Assembly: GCA_030154225.1 (NCBI GenBank)
Contig: JASKKI010000005.1
Coordinates: forward strand, 1 to 61,944
From: Clostridia bacterium
Lineage (GTDB): Bacteria > Bacillota > Peptococcia > Peptococcales > BICA1-8
Direction: 5' to 3'
Length of the DNA stretch: 61,944 nucleotides
Each line of letters opens with the position of its first letter. Position 1 is the first letter of the stretch. Shown here in pieces: positions 24,683-34,786 of this stretch. The notes beneath the pieces were generated by a model. That model did not search any database and was not told the origin of the DNA. It saw nothing but the letters and a program-made list of their open reading frames with translations. A program made the translations under genes and the position numbers.

Positions 24683-25639
24683 TCACCTTATCTGATCATT
24701 CCATTGGGTAAAAATCTTTTTTTGTTTATTATTAAAAGTGCTTATAACACCAATAATACCTAACATATATAAAACTAGAGCACCTGTATAGTAAAAATAT
24801 TTTATATGCGAATTAATTATTATGCTTAAAATTAATAAAACTGAACCATACAGAAAATAAGGTAAAATTCTAGGTTTATCAAAAAGTTTTTCCCTAGCCT
24901 CCTGCCAAAGGCGTTCATTATGCTCAATTTTTCTGAGAATTAAATTATTTACCTCGTCCTCTTTAAGAAATTTACCAGCATCTTTCACCATTTGTACAAA
25001 GAATTTCTTATCTAATAATTTAATTTCTCTTTTATCTTTAATTAAATTACAAAATTCTTTCGTTTCATTTCTAAAATCAGTGGTAGAAATAATAATTCCC
25101 TTTTTGTATTTTCTTCTACTCATTGCCCTTGATAATTCACGGGCTGATCTGGCTTCTACAGCATTATCATCATCTAATAGATGACATTGGACTGCTATTA
25201 ATTCTTCTTTATATTTACAAATTATATTAATTCCTTCACTTTCCAAATGATCGGTTATTTCAATTTCTGAAAAACCAGGTAAATTAGATAAAATTTCTTT
25301 AACAAAGAATACAAAACTATCTTTTTCCATACTTTTTATCCTTTTCCAAAACTCTTCTGTAGCTAACTTTTCATTAACCTGTTCAATTGTCAATTGTAAC
25401 CTTTTTTGTTCGATTAATTTAACTATTATATGATAGATAATCAAAACTGAAAAACTGCTAGCAAAAGAAGCCAAAAAACGACCTTCACTAAAATAGAAAA
25501 AAACTAAAAATGAAATTAATAAAATTAATACCCGATATATAAAATATTTTAAAATTCGTGAATGATAAGACTGATGACAATATAAATGGTTTAAATAATA
25601 AAGTGTAATACGCTTTTGTTTAATTCGAGATTTTTTCAT
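24683..25639 (-). CDS. membrane-embedded Mrr-like (PD-(D/E)xK restriction endonuclease fold) protein
   Basis: Two N-terminal and two C-terminal TM helices flank ...SEGINIICKYKEELIAVQCH...ARELSRAM...KKGIIISTTDF, which has the Mrr_cat layout. Confidence 0.6.
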   Translation of the reverse strand: MKKSRIKQKRITLYYLNHLYCHQSYHSRILKYFIYRVLILLISFLVFFYFSEGRFLASFASSFSVLIIYHIIVKLIEQKRLQLTIEQVNEKLATEEFWKRIKSMEKDSFVFFVKEILSNLPGFSEIEITDHLESEGINIICKYKEELIAVQCHLLDDDNAVEARSARELSRAMSRRKYKKGIIISTTDFRNETKEFCNLIKDKREIKLLDKKFFVQMVKDAGKFLKEDEVNNLILRKIEHNERLWQEAREKLFDKPRILPYFLYGSVLLILSIIINSHIKYFYYTGALVLYMLGIIGVISTFNNKQKKIFTQWNDQIR

Positions 25640-25818
25640 TAGTTATTTCCCTTCATTTTATTTTGTCTATCTATTTAAAGCATAGCCAAAAAATTATCCT
25701 AATAATCTAAAAGGTAAAAAAAAAAGATTATTATTTAACCAAAGACAAGCTTATCTTGACTCTTGGCAACTTATGAAATAAAATTAAGTTGTCTGGAATT
25801 TTAAGGAGGTGTGCTCTT

Positions 25819-26598
25819 ATGTTAAGGTTAGGTATTAGTGGTTTAGGACGAACCGGGTTGCAAACAGCCCGTTATTTACTTAATCAACCTGATATCAAAC
25901 TAGTCTGCGGCTTTTGCAGTCCAAACAGTAATAAAAAACACAAAGATTTAGGCCAATTATTAGGTTTACAAAAAGTGGGAATTCCCATTATTTCTTCTGA
26001 TGAACTATCACTACTTAAAGTATTACCCCAGGTAATTATTGATTTTTCACCACATGAAGCCGCCTTGACCAATGCACCTATTTTTTTTGAAAACAGGATT
26101 AATTTAGTAGTAGCTAGTACTGGTTTTAATGAAATAGAATTAAAAAAATTAACTAATCTAGCCCTTAAAGCTAATAGAGGTATTGTTATTGCCCCCAATA
26201 TAACACAGGGAGTTAATGTATTAATGTTACTTTCTCAAATTGCCGCTGATATTTTAAATTCTTATGACATAGAGATTATTGAACACCATCATAACAAAAA
26301 ATTAGATATTCCTTCCGGCACTGCTTTAAAATTGGCTGATCAATTACCTGGCGAACCGACAATACATGCTATCCGGGCAGGTGGAATTATTGGCTTTCAT
26401 AAAACTATGTTTGTAGGCAAAAATGACAAAATAGAAATTTCTCATGAATCTATTACCCGGGAAGCCTTTGCAGAAGGGGCTTTAAGAGCAGCCAAATGGG
26501 TCCAAAATAAATCCGGTGTTTTTGAAATGAATCATGTTTTAGATTTAAATAATGTATTGAGTAAATATTTGGCTGGCGTAGGTACTAACGCAGTTTAA
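25819..26598 (+). CDS. dapB: 4-hydroxy-tetrahydrodipicolinate reductase-like protein (divergent DapB)
   Basis: ATG at 25819 after AAGGAGG. Carries the EHHHNKKLDIPSGTA motif (E-HH--K-DAPSGTA in DapB). The N-terminal GxxGxxG is atypical and the C-terminal domain is short. Confidence 0.6.
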   Translation: MLRLGISGLGRTGLQTARYLLNQPDIKLVCGFCSPNSNKKHKDLGQLLGLQKVGIPIISSDELSLLKVLPQVIIDFSPHEAALTNAPIFFENRINLVVASTGFNEIELKKLTNLALKANRGIVIAPNITQGVNVLMLLSQIAADILNSYDIEIIEHHHNKKLDIPSGTALKLADQLPGEPTIHAIRAGGIIGFHKTMFVGKNDKIEISHESITREAFAEGALRAAKWVQNKSGVFEMNHVLDLNNVLSKYLAGVGTNAV

Positions 26599-26621
26599 AG
26601 GGTTTTTTAAACATAATAAAT

Positions 26622-26654
26622 AATGGCATCATCAGATGCCATTTTTATTTTTTT
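26622..26654 (+). terminator. intrinsic terminator
   Basis: AATGGCATC-atca-GATGCCATT followed by a T-run. Confidence 0.85.
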
Positions 26655-26718
26655 ATTAAGCTTTTTTCTCCTTGTCATCAATGATAATGTAAATGAATAT
26701 TGGATAAAAACAAACAGT

Positions 26719-27468
26719 TTAACCCTTCTTCCCTACATGAACGGTGACTGCTCCTCCACCCAAGCCGAAGTATTTTACCTGCTCTAACCCTGCGGCCCAG
26801 AAGATAGCTTTTAATTTTTCCTGATCAGGAAAGTTTTTTAGTGATTCGGGTAACCAGGTATAAGCAGGATATTTATTATCAATAGCTTTCCCTTTATCAA
26901 CTAATCGCCCAATAATGGGTACAATTTTAAAGAAATATAAATTAAAACCAAGCCTAAGGATAGGATTAAATGGCCGGGATACCTCCAGACATACTACCCT
27001 ACCTCCGGGTTTAACAACCCGTGTCATTTCCAGAATAGCTTTAGAAATATCTACTACATTTCTCAGAGCAAAACCATTGGTGACAACAGTAAAAGTATTA
27101 TCTTCAAAAGGTAGCTTAAGAGCATCCCCCTTAATAAAGTTAACATTGTTATATCCTAAATTCTTAACTTTGGCCTGGGCAACTTCCAGCATCTTTTCCG
27201 AAAAATCCAAGCCCCATATTTTACCTTGATTACCTACCATTTCCCTCATCTTTATAGCCAATTCGCCGGTTCCGCAACAAACATCTAAAGCAATATCCCC
27301 TGACTTAAGTTCCGTTTTGTTTAACATAAACTTCTGCCACCGGGGTAACATACCCCAAGTCATTACTAAATTCATCATATCATAGTTACCTGCTATAGAA
27401 TTAAAAAGATTTTTTACATATTGATCTTTATCAGATAATTGACTCAAAATATACTCTCTCCTCTCCAA
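26719..27468 (-). CDS. ubiE: demethylmenaquinone/ubiquinone C-methyltransferase (UbiE/MenG)
   Basis: Motifs YDMMN and DVCCGTG. The start is uncertain: TTG at 27468 or at 27447. Confidence 0.8.
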   Translation of the reverse strand: MERREYILSQLSDKDQYVKNLFNSIAGNYDMMNLVMTWGMLPRWQKFMLNKTELKSGDIALDVCCGTGELAIKMREMVGNQGKIWGLDFSEKMLEVAQAKVKNLGYNNVNFIKGDALKLPFEDNTFTVVTNGFALRNVVDISKAILEMTRVVKPGGRVVCLEVSRPFNPILRLGFNLYFFKIVPIIGRLVDKGKAIDNKYPAYTWLPESLKNFPDQEKLKAIFWAAGLEQVKYFGLGGGAVTVHVGKKG

Positions 27469-28055
27469 GGAGTAAATAAATTATGTTCTATTTGTAAGAG
27501 ATTTAAAATCTTACCTACTATAAAGTTTACCAAATCATCAATGGATTGTGGTTTATGGTAAAAAGCTGGCATAGCCGGTACTATATCCACCTGCATTTCT
27601 GATAACGCTAGCATATTTCTGAAGTGAATAGTACTTAAAGGTGTTTCCCGCGGTACAAGAATTAATCGGCGTTTTTCCTTAAGCATTACATCAGCGGCCC
27701 TTTCTAAAAGATTATCCGAGGAACCGGTAGCAATAGCTGCAATAGTACCCATAGTACAGGGTACAACTACCATAGCTTTTGCATTGACAGAACCACTGGC
27801 AATATCTGCAGTTAGGTTAGTAATTTCCCGATAACGCAACTTACCTTCACAAATGTAACCAAAATAATCCTCTAAGGTCTTACTTATATCATCTGAGTTT
27901 ATTAAATCCAATCCTATTTCGTGCTTTATAACTTCTTTACCGGCATCAGTGACCAGTAAGTCCACTTGATATGATTTTTTTAATAAAAATTCCACTAAAC
28001 GTTTAGCATAAATAGATCCACTTGCACCAGTAATGGCTACAATAATGCGCTCCAT
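27444..28055 (-). CDS. ubiX: flavin prenyltransferase UbiX
   Basis: ATG at 28055 lies 8 nt after GGAGG. N-terminus MERIIVAITGASGSIYA. Confidence 0.85.
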   Translation of the reverse strand: MERIIVAITGASGSIYAKRLVEFLLKKSYQVDLLVTDAGKEVIKHEIGLDLINSDDISKTLEDYFGYICEGKLRYREITNLTADIASGSVNAKAMVVVPCTMGTIAAIATGSSDNLLERAADVMLKEKRRLILVPRETPLSTIHFRNMLALSEMQVDIVPAMPAFYHKPQSIDDLVNFIVGKILNLLQIEHNLFTPWRGESIF

Positions 28056-28112
28056 GGTTAATACCTCCACTTAAAACAAGTACAATAGTTTTACCTTCCC
28101 CCAATATTCACT

Positions 28113-28970
28113 TCATAGATATATATCTAATAATGTAAAGATAAACAAGAGAATACTAATTACTCCGTTAATATTAAAAAAGGCTACATTTACTTTTGAT
28201 AGATCATGGGCCGAAACTAAAGAATGTTCATAAATCAATAGTATAGCTGTTACGCTAATTCCTACTAAAAAAAGTCGGCCTAAAGGTAAGTATAGATAAA
28301 GAATTACTAAAAGGATAATTACTACTAGGTGCAGACCTTGGGAAATTAATAATCCTTTCTCTAATCCAAACCTGACTGGAATAGAGTGCAGACCTGTTTT
28401 TTTATCAAAATCATAATCCTGAGTAGCATAAATTATATCAAACCCGGCAATCCAACACGCTACAATTCCTGCTAGAAGGAAAGCAGGTTTGGACATCTCC
28501 CCGGTTACGGCAATCCAGCCTCCCAAAGGAGCAAAGGAAATTGCAATACCCAGTACAAGGTGACAAGCCCAAGTAAATCTTTTTGTATAGGAATAGCCTA
28601 CTAAAATGGCCAGTATTATAGGAAGATAAATGACATGCCATGGACTTAATTTATAAGTAGCCCAGACTAGCAGCCCAAAGGCCAATATACTCAATATAAC
28701 CACTTCAGATGACTTCATTTTACCTTGAGGTAAAGGTCTACCATTAGTGCGGGGATTAGCTGCATCAATAAACCGATCAATTACTCTATTAAAACCCATG
28801 GCGGAACTCCTTGCTCCAAACATAGCCAGGGTAATCCAAATAAACTCATACCATCCTGGCCAACCCCATTTACCTAAAAATGCCCCTAAATAAGCAAAAG
28901 GCAGGGCAAAAATGGTATGCTCAAATTTTACCAGTTCGGCAAAAGTTTTAACTTTCTTAAGTACCACCAT
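28113..28970 (-). CDS. ubiA: UbiA-family aromatic prenyltransferase (4-hydroxybenzoate polyprenyltransferase-like)
   Basis: Motif NRVIDRFIDAANPRTNGRPLP and about 8 TM segments. Confidence 0.8.
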   Translation of the reverse strand: MVVLKKVKTFAELVKFEHTIFALPFAYLGAFLGKWGWPGWYEFIWITLAMFGARSSAMGFNRVIDRFIDAANPRTNGRPLPQGKMKSSEVVILSILAFGLLVWATYKLSPWHVIYLPIILAILVGYSYTKRFTWACHLVLGIAISFAPLGGWIAVTGEMSKPAFLLAGIVACWIAGFDIIYATQDYDFDKKTGLHSIPVRFGLEKGLLISQGLHLVVIILLVILYLYLPLGRLFLVGISVTAILLIYEHSLVSAHDLSKVNVAFFNINGVISILLFIFTLLDIYL

Positions 28971-29207
28971 ATATTCACCACCATAATAACTTTAGTCAGT
29001 AGTAACAATCACTATTAAGAGTTTACCATTATTAAAATTATCAGTCTATGGGCAAGCTAAAATTGATAAAAACTGACTAAGTCAGTTTTAGGTTTCACTG
29101 CACTAGATAAGTTTAGATTTAGATTAAAATAATTCGTCCTAATCCTGTTATTTCTAACACTGATAAATGGGTTACTGGATACTTAAAGGGAAAAGGTGGT
29201 TTTACTA

Positions 29208-29372
29208 ATGAAAGTTATATTAGCTGGTGGCATAGCTTTAGTCTTTCTTGGAGTTATCTATTATTTACCTTTGGGCACCTCATTAATTAAAAATAAAACC
29301 CTGCCTAAAGTGACAGGGATATTTTTGGTTGTATTAGGTGTTTATTTAATTTTTAGGGCTCTAACTCTTTAG
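29208..29372 (+). CDS. small two-TM membrane protein (54 aa)
   Basis: AAAGGTGG RBS. Sequence MKVILAGGIALVFLGVIYYL... Below the track cutoff. Its 3' end overlaps the convergent kinase gene by 20 nt. Confidence 0.4.
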   Translation: MKVILAGGIALVFLGVIYYLPLGTSLIKNKTLPKVTGIFLVVLGVYLIFRALTL

Positions 29373-30984
29373 TAGGACATTTAGGAAATGTTACTGTAAC
29401 TGTTGTTCCAATACCCTTCTTACTATTCATTACAATTGTTGCTCCATGGCTTTCTGCAATTTGATAACAAACAGAAAGACCAAGCCCTGTACCATTTTGT
29501 TTGGTTGTAACAAAAGGTGTGCTAACTTTGTCTAAAATTTCCTCTGGTATTCCCTCACCTTCATCCTCTATTTGGAGAATGATATTCTTTGGATTATTTT
29601 TTAACCTGATATAAAGATTTCCACCTTTCGGCATAGCCTCTATTGCATTATGAGTTAAATTAAGAATTAGCTGTTTAATTTCATTTTCATTACAAAATAG
29701 CTGAGCTTCATCAATTTCCAGGCGTAAATATACGTTTGATAAAAGGGCCTCTCTTTCTATTAATATTAATTGTTTTTCCAGAATATTTTTTAGATCACAT
29801 TTAACTAAAGTTCTGGAAGATTTTTTAGAAATGGATAAAAAGTCGATAATAATGGCATTACATCTTTCGATTTCAGAAATCAATAAATCCAATTGGGAGT
29901 CTGTTAATTTTTCTTTTGATCTTTGGGCAAGCTGAAGAAACCCTTTAATAGTAGTTAATGGATTTTTTATTTCATGAGCAATGCTGGCACCCATTTGTCC
30001 AACCAAATTTAATCTTTCCAGATTTTTTATTCTTTCATTAATTAATTCTTCAGATGTTACATCATAAAAGATTGCCATTGCATAAATAATGCTATCTCGC
30101 TGATCATAAATGGGTTGGGAAATAAATTCTATAAGTTTATTATTACGGATTATTTTCTCTTTAAAATAACTTTTACCATTGTGTAAGGTGTCTAGAATTA
30201 ATAAATCAGCAAAATTAAAACTGGGAAAAAGCTTATTAATGTATTGTTTTAAGGGAAAACCAATATAATTTTCCGGGGTTTCATTTTTTATATTGGCATA
30301 ATCCAAAGCTACCTGATTAATATGCACAATATTTTCTTGTTTATCTATGACCAAAATACAAAGGGGCATTTCATTAATTAAGTTTTGTAAGAGAGAGCTT
30401 TGTTTAATAAGTTTCTCTTGTGTTTTATATAGGTTATTTCTAACAGTATCTTCAATTTTAACAAAGATACCTAATAACCAACTAATAATAACATAAATTA
30501 CTGCAAACATTAAATCTGTCTCAATAGTATAACCTAGTGGTAAGTGATCAACAACTAAAAGATCTAATAACAAGTTTACTATACCAATTATTGCTGAAAA
30601 GGTAACACTGATTCTTAAATTAAACTTAATAGCAGAAATTATTATGGGAATTAAATATAAAAATCTTAGTTCAAAATAACTGGTATTTACAAATAAAAAA
30701 GTAATTAATAAAAAATTTAATAAAATTATAGCAAAATCCAGATGATAATTCTGTTTACCAAGATATATACTTAAATAACCTATGCTAATCAAGAATACGA
30801 TAATTAAAAAAGTTACTATAAATGCCTGAAAAAAATTATAACTTTCAAAACCAAAATATTTAAATATTATTATTAAAGACATTAAACTAAATAAAACTTG
30901 AACAGTAAATATGTAATTATTTATTATTTCTTCTCTGGTTTTTTTGTGCATTAAACTAAGCACATCCTTCGGGAAAATATACAA
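29353..30984 (-). CDS. orphan sensor histidine kinase (multi-TM sensor, PAS, HisKA, HATPase)
   Basis: H-box ASIAHEIKNPLTTIKGFLQLA plus N, G1 and G2 boxes. No response regulator is adjacent. The start may be the ATG at 30951. Confidence 0.8.
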   Translation of the reverse strand: MYIFPKDVLSLMHKKTREEIINNYIFTVQVLFSLMSLIIIFKYFGFESYNFFQAFIVTFLIIVFLISIGYLSIYLGKQNYHLDFAIILLNFLLITFLFVNTSYFELRFLYLIPIIISAIKFNLRISVTFSAIIGIVNLLLDLLVVDHLPLGYTIETDLMFAVIYVIISWLLGIFVKIEDTVRNNLYKTQEKLIKQSSLLQNLINEMPLCILVIDKQENIVHINQVALDYANIKNETPENYIGFPLKQYINKLFPSFNFADLLILDTLHNGKSYFKEKIIRNNKLIEFISQPIYDQRDSIIYAMAIFYDVTSEELINERIKNLERLNLVGQMGASIAHEIKNPLTTIKGFLQLAQRSKEKLTDSQLDLLISEIERCNAIIIDFLSISKKSSRTLVKCDLKNILEKQLILIEREALLSNVYLRLEIDEAQLFCNENEIKQLILNLTHNAIEAMPKGGNLYIRLKNNPKNIILQIEDEGEGIPEEILDKVSTPFVTTKQNGTGLGLSVCYQIAESHGATIVMNSKKGIGTTVTVTFPKCPTKELEP

Positions 30985-31167
30985 GCCACTCAGGTTAAGT
31001 CAAGTTAATATATCGTTTTAATATAATATTCACAAATATTATTTCGATATAAAAAACAGTTTTCCTGTTTTTATAATAATTATGAAATTCGGTTCAATTA
31101 TATTATTTTATATGCATATTTTTTTCCTAAAATGTTTATGCTTTTCACTGAAAGGAAGGAGATTAAA

Positions 31168-31809
31168 ATGCGCAAATTATTTATTTCTTTAAGCTGGGTT
31201 ACAGGCCTCTTAATCTTTTTAGTTATTTTATCTTTTTTAGCTACACCCGGTTCACTTAAAAAATATGAAAGCACATATCTTGATTTTTCCTATCCCCTTT
31301 CCTGGGAGATAACAGAATTTAAGGCCAAATTTCCAGGTGTTTTAGCTACAGGACAAATTGTATCGGAAAAACTTTTCGAACCTTTTATTGATAATGAAAA
31401 CCTTATACAATTTAATTTTCCGGTAAAATGGCTGATTGAACAGGAAAGTTTCCCAGGAAATGAAATAGTAAAACACATTCAATTAATCTCTCCTGATAAA
31501 AAAAATGTTTGTTTAATCCAAATCTGGCATTATAATAAACCCTTAAGACAATTTATAAATGATATAAAAGCTGCTCCGATTAAAGGGGACCAGGTTCAAA
31601 ATTTCCTGGTTACAGAAACCAATATTAAAGGCCGTAAAGGTTATCTAGTAGAATATAAGCACGGCAAAGTCATTTGCAAAGAATTTTATTTCCTGCATCA
31701 AAATTATGTATATCGTATAAGTTATCTTTATGCAGGCTCCAAATGGACACAAGAACAAGAAAGTAATTTTCATACTATATTACAATCAATTATTGTCAAA
31801 AATAATTAA
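31168..31809 (+). CDS. membrane-anchored hypothetical protein
   Basis: ATG at 31168 after GGAAGGAG, followed by an N-terminal TM helix. Confidence 0.55.
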   Translation: MRKLFISLSWVTGLLIFLVILSFLATPGSLKKYESTYLDFSYPLSWEITEFKAKFPGVLATGQIVSEKLFEPFIDNENLIQFNFPVKWLIEQESFPGNEIVKHIQLISPDKKNVCLIQIWHYNKPLRQFINDIKAAPIKGDQVQNFLVTETNIKGRKGYLVEYKHGKVICKEFYFLHQNYVYRISYLYAGSKWTQEQESNFHTILQSIIVKNN

Positions 31810-31982
31810 ATAACTATCTAAGACTATATTATTAAATATAAACCATGGGTATAAAGAAAAAGACTTACCTTCCCGTGGTAAGTCAACAGCAAAGGCAACA
31901 TTTATGTGTAAAAGAAATTGAGAGAGCTATTATTAAAAGCTCTCTCCGTTAATTTCTTCGTCTTAACCTTTATCTTAGAACC

Positions 31983-32924
31983 TTAACTTATTTCGATTTT
32001 ATTTTCTAAGTTGTACGGCTGAAATAATGCCTTCTCTACTTTATAATCATTTGTATCCACTATTACTGTAGCGTGATGTAAAAAACTATTTCTTACAAAA
32101 TAACGCATATCAATAAAAATACCAATTAACTTATTATCTTCAATCTTATAGTCTACATGAAAAAAAGGAGTAAACTCTTTAAATATTTTACCCATTTTGG
32201 TTTTTTCCAATTTTCCTTTTATTTCTTCAGAGATAAGTTTAAGTTTTTTATGAATTACAATTTTACAGGAAAGAAGGTTTATCTGACCTACAATATTCTT
32301 TTTGTTTACTCTAACTATAAAATCCCATCTAACTAAACCAATAAAGGCAGGCATTACTACTAATTTTTCCAAATATTCTGCATAATACTCTTTGATTAAA
32401 GCCTCTGCCCTTCTTCGCATCAAAAATCTTAATAATAAATAACTTAACCCCAATACGAAACTTGGATAGATCCAAAAATGATCTCTATAACCTGAATATA
32501 AAATAAATAAACTACAGCCTAATAAAACCGGGTCGGAAATCATTAGTAAATTAAGGGTGTATTTTTTCCTATTAAAGGGATAAAGAAGCATAACTCCATA
32601 GGAATTGAGTAAGTCTAAAAAGGTATGACTTAAAGCACCTAAAAAAGCCCAGAAAAAAAGAACCCAAAATCCGACCTGTGGAAAAATAAAATTCAAGCTG
32701 CCACCAACTAAGGCTGCAAAACCTAATAATCCCGGCAACGAATGGGAAATTCCCCGGTGGTGCTTTAAATATATATAATCTCCCCAGTATTGAAAAACAA
32801 TATCCAGGTCAGGAGAAACAGCTCCCAGGGTAACGGCTATCAACTCAGGACTGGTAAATGAGACCTCTGCTCCACCAGCAACAGCAACTGCAGCTCCTAC
32901 AATGGCATGGGTAAGTGGATCCAT
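31983..32924 (-). CDS. membrane-bound metal-dependent hydrolase (YdjM/DUF457-like)
   Basis: ATG at 32924 after AAGGAGG. N-terminus MDPLTHAIVGAAVA and the motif HRGISHS. Confidence 0.6.
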   Translation of the reverse strand: MDPLTHAIVGAAVAVAGGAEVSFTSPELIAVTLGAVSPDLDIVFQYWGDYIYLKHHRGISHSLPGLLGFAALVGGSLNFIFPQVGFWVLFFWAFLGALSHTFLDLLNSYGVMLLYPFNRKKYTLNLLMISDPVLLGCSLFILYSGYRDHFWIYPSFVLGLSYLLLRFLMRRRAEALIKEYYAEYLEKLVVMPAFIGLVRWDFIVRVNKKNIVGQINLLSCKIVIHKKLKLISEEIKGKLEKTKMGKIFKEFTPFFHVDYKIEDNKLIGIFIDMRYFVRNSFLHHATVIVDTNDYKVEKALFQPYNLENKIEIS

Positions 32925-33057
32925 TTCTCCCACCTCCTTAATTCGACATTTTTTGACATTTACCAGTATAACATAGATTTTTTTACTTTTTGTTAAGTAA
33001 TTTATGGCAAAAAAAACTGGCCTACGCCAGTTTTTCCAACTTACAATAGTTTTAGTT

Positions 33058-33240
33058 CTACTGTGCTACAGAAAACCCAACCTCCACAGGATACTCAAAA
33101 ACCTGAAGTTCCCATAATTTATTATTTTTCTCCTGTTCTTTAACATATAATTCGGCATCTTTTCTATTTGAAAATATCTTATCAATAGAATTAACTCCAT
33201 TAGTATCTATAATCTTAACTACAAATACTTTCATAAGCAT
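33058..33240 (-). CDS. small hypothetical protein
   Basis: GAGGAGG RBS, 60 aa. Confidence 0.4.
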   Translation of the reverse strand: MLMKVFVVKIIDTNGVNSIDKIFSNRKDAELYVKEQEKNNKLWELQVFEYPVEVGFSVAQ

Positions 33241-33363
33241 CCTCCTCGCAAAGATATTTTTTAATTCAATTTCAGCATATATTAAACAATATGTACTGTA
33301 TATGTCACCTATTACAAAAATTCAGACCTGGATTATAAACTTTGCATAGAAATTTTTTATTCC

Positions 33364-33406
33364 ATAAAAAAACAAACCCATCTTCGTCTAGGGTTTGTTT
33401 TTTAAA
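33364..33406. terminator. terminator of the TRAP operon (bidirectional shape)
   Basis: AAACAAACCC...GGGTTTGTTT flanked by A- and T-runs. Confidence 0.75.
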
Positions 33407-33456
33407 CTATTTGGCAAATAGAAGCTTGTAGCCAAAAAGCTTTTTATCAGCTTTTA

Positions 33457-34731
33457 TCAATAGGCGAGGTTGGGGAGGAACAATGATATTTCGGGTATAT
33501 AAGTAATTAACAATAAAGCAATTATACTAACTAGAACAAAGCTTAAAACACCAGAGGATAGTTTTCCTATAGGCAGACCAGTTATTCCATTGGCAACAAA
33601 TAGGTTTAACCCAAAGGGTGGAGTAAACTGCCCGATACACAGGTTGGTGACAACTACGACCCCAAAATGGACAGGATCAATGCCCAGCTTATTAGCTAAG
33701 GGGTATAAAAGAGGCGCCAAAATGATTATTGAAGCTACCCCATCCATAAACATTCCAGCAATCAAAAGGATTATATTTACCAAGAGTAAAAAGGCAATTG
33801 GGGTAGAAGCATAGGAGATTATACTCTGGGCTAACATTTGAGGAACCTGGCCTACAGTAAGTATCCAACCAAATGCCTGGGCAGCAGCAACAACAATCAA
33901 AACTTGGGCACTGGTGGTAGCAGATTTGATGCAAACAGTAGCTAAGCGCTTTAAGTTCAGTTCTTTATATACAACCAAACCGACAAACATGGCATATATG
34001 GCCGAAAAACCGGCGGCTTCAGTGGGAGTAAGTATACCTAAATAAATACCTCCCAGAATAATTACCGGTATCATCAAAGACCAGCTAGCATCTTTAGTAG
34101 CTGTTAATAATTCCTTAAAAGAAGCCCTTTTATCCCGTGGTAAATTGTGCTTGCGAGCAAAGAAATAAATATAGACTAAACTGGCCAATCCGTAAACCAG
34201 CCCCGCTCCGATTCCTGCTAGAAATAAGGAACTTACGGATACTCCTGTTACAGTTGCATAAATTATCAAAGTTATACTAGGAGGAATCAAAAGGGCTACA
34301 GAACCTGAAGATACAATTAAGCCGGTAGCAAACTTTCCCGGGTATTTTTGCTTCACTAGTTCAGGATACATAAGTTTTCCTACAGCGATAACCGTTGCTG
34401 GACTGGAACCGGACAAAGCTCCAAAAAACATACAGGCAACCTGGGTAGCCATTCCTAATCCACCATGTAAGTGTCCAACTAGGATTCTGGCCCACCGCAA
34501 AATTCTTTCCGATAATCCTCCAAAATCCATTAAGTCAGCAGCCAGAATAAAAAATGGCAGTGACATAAGGGCAAATTTATCCATCCCTCCAAATAACCTT
34601 TGAACCATGATCATAGGCGGGATGTTGGTAAAAAACATAATAGCTATAAGAGATGAAAAAGTTAAAGCCACAAAAATAGGCATACTGGAAAACAAAAAAA
34701 TAAATAGCGTTAATGCTAAAACTGTAAGCAA
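33457..34731 (-). CDS. dctM: TRAP transporter large permease (DctM family)
   Basis: 424 aa polytopic protein. TTG start after GGGGGGA. Gene order is P-Q-M. Confidence 0.8.
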   Translation of the reverse strand: MLTVLALTLFIFLFSSMPIFVALTFSSLIAIMFFTNIPPMIMVQRLFGGMDKFALMSLPFFILAADLMDFGGLSERILRWARILVGHLHGGLGMATQVACMFFGALSGSSPATVIAVGKLMYPELVKQKYPGKFATGLIVSSGSVALLIPPSITLIIYATVTGVSVSSLFLAGIGAGLVYGLASLVYIYFFARKHNLPRDKRASFKELLTATKDASWSLMIPVIILGGIYLGILTPTEAAGFSAIYAMFVGLVVYKELNLKRLATVCIKSATTSAQVLIVVAAAQAFGWILTVGQVPQMLAQSIISYASTPIAFLLLVNIILLIAGMFMDGVASIIILAPLLYPLANKLGIDPVHFGVVVVTNLCIGQFTPPFGLNLFVANGITGLPIGKLSSGVLSFVLVSIIALLLITYIPEISLFLPNLAY

Positions 34732-34786
34732 TTCTTATCCCCCCGTAAATAAAATCCTCTGGGACCATTTTAAGTGACTATATACA

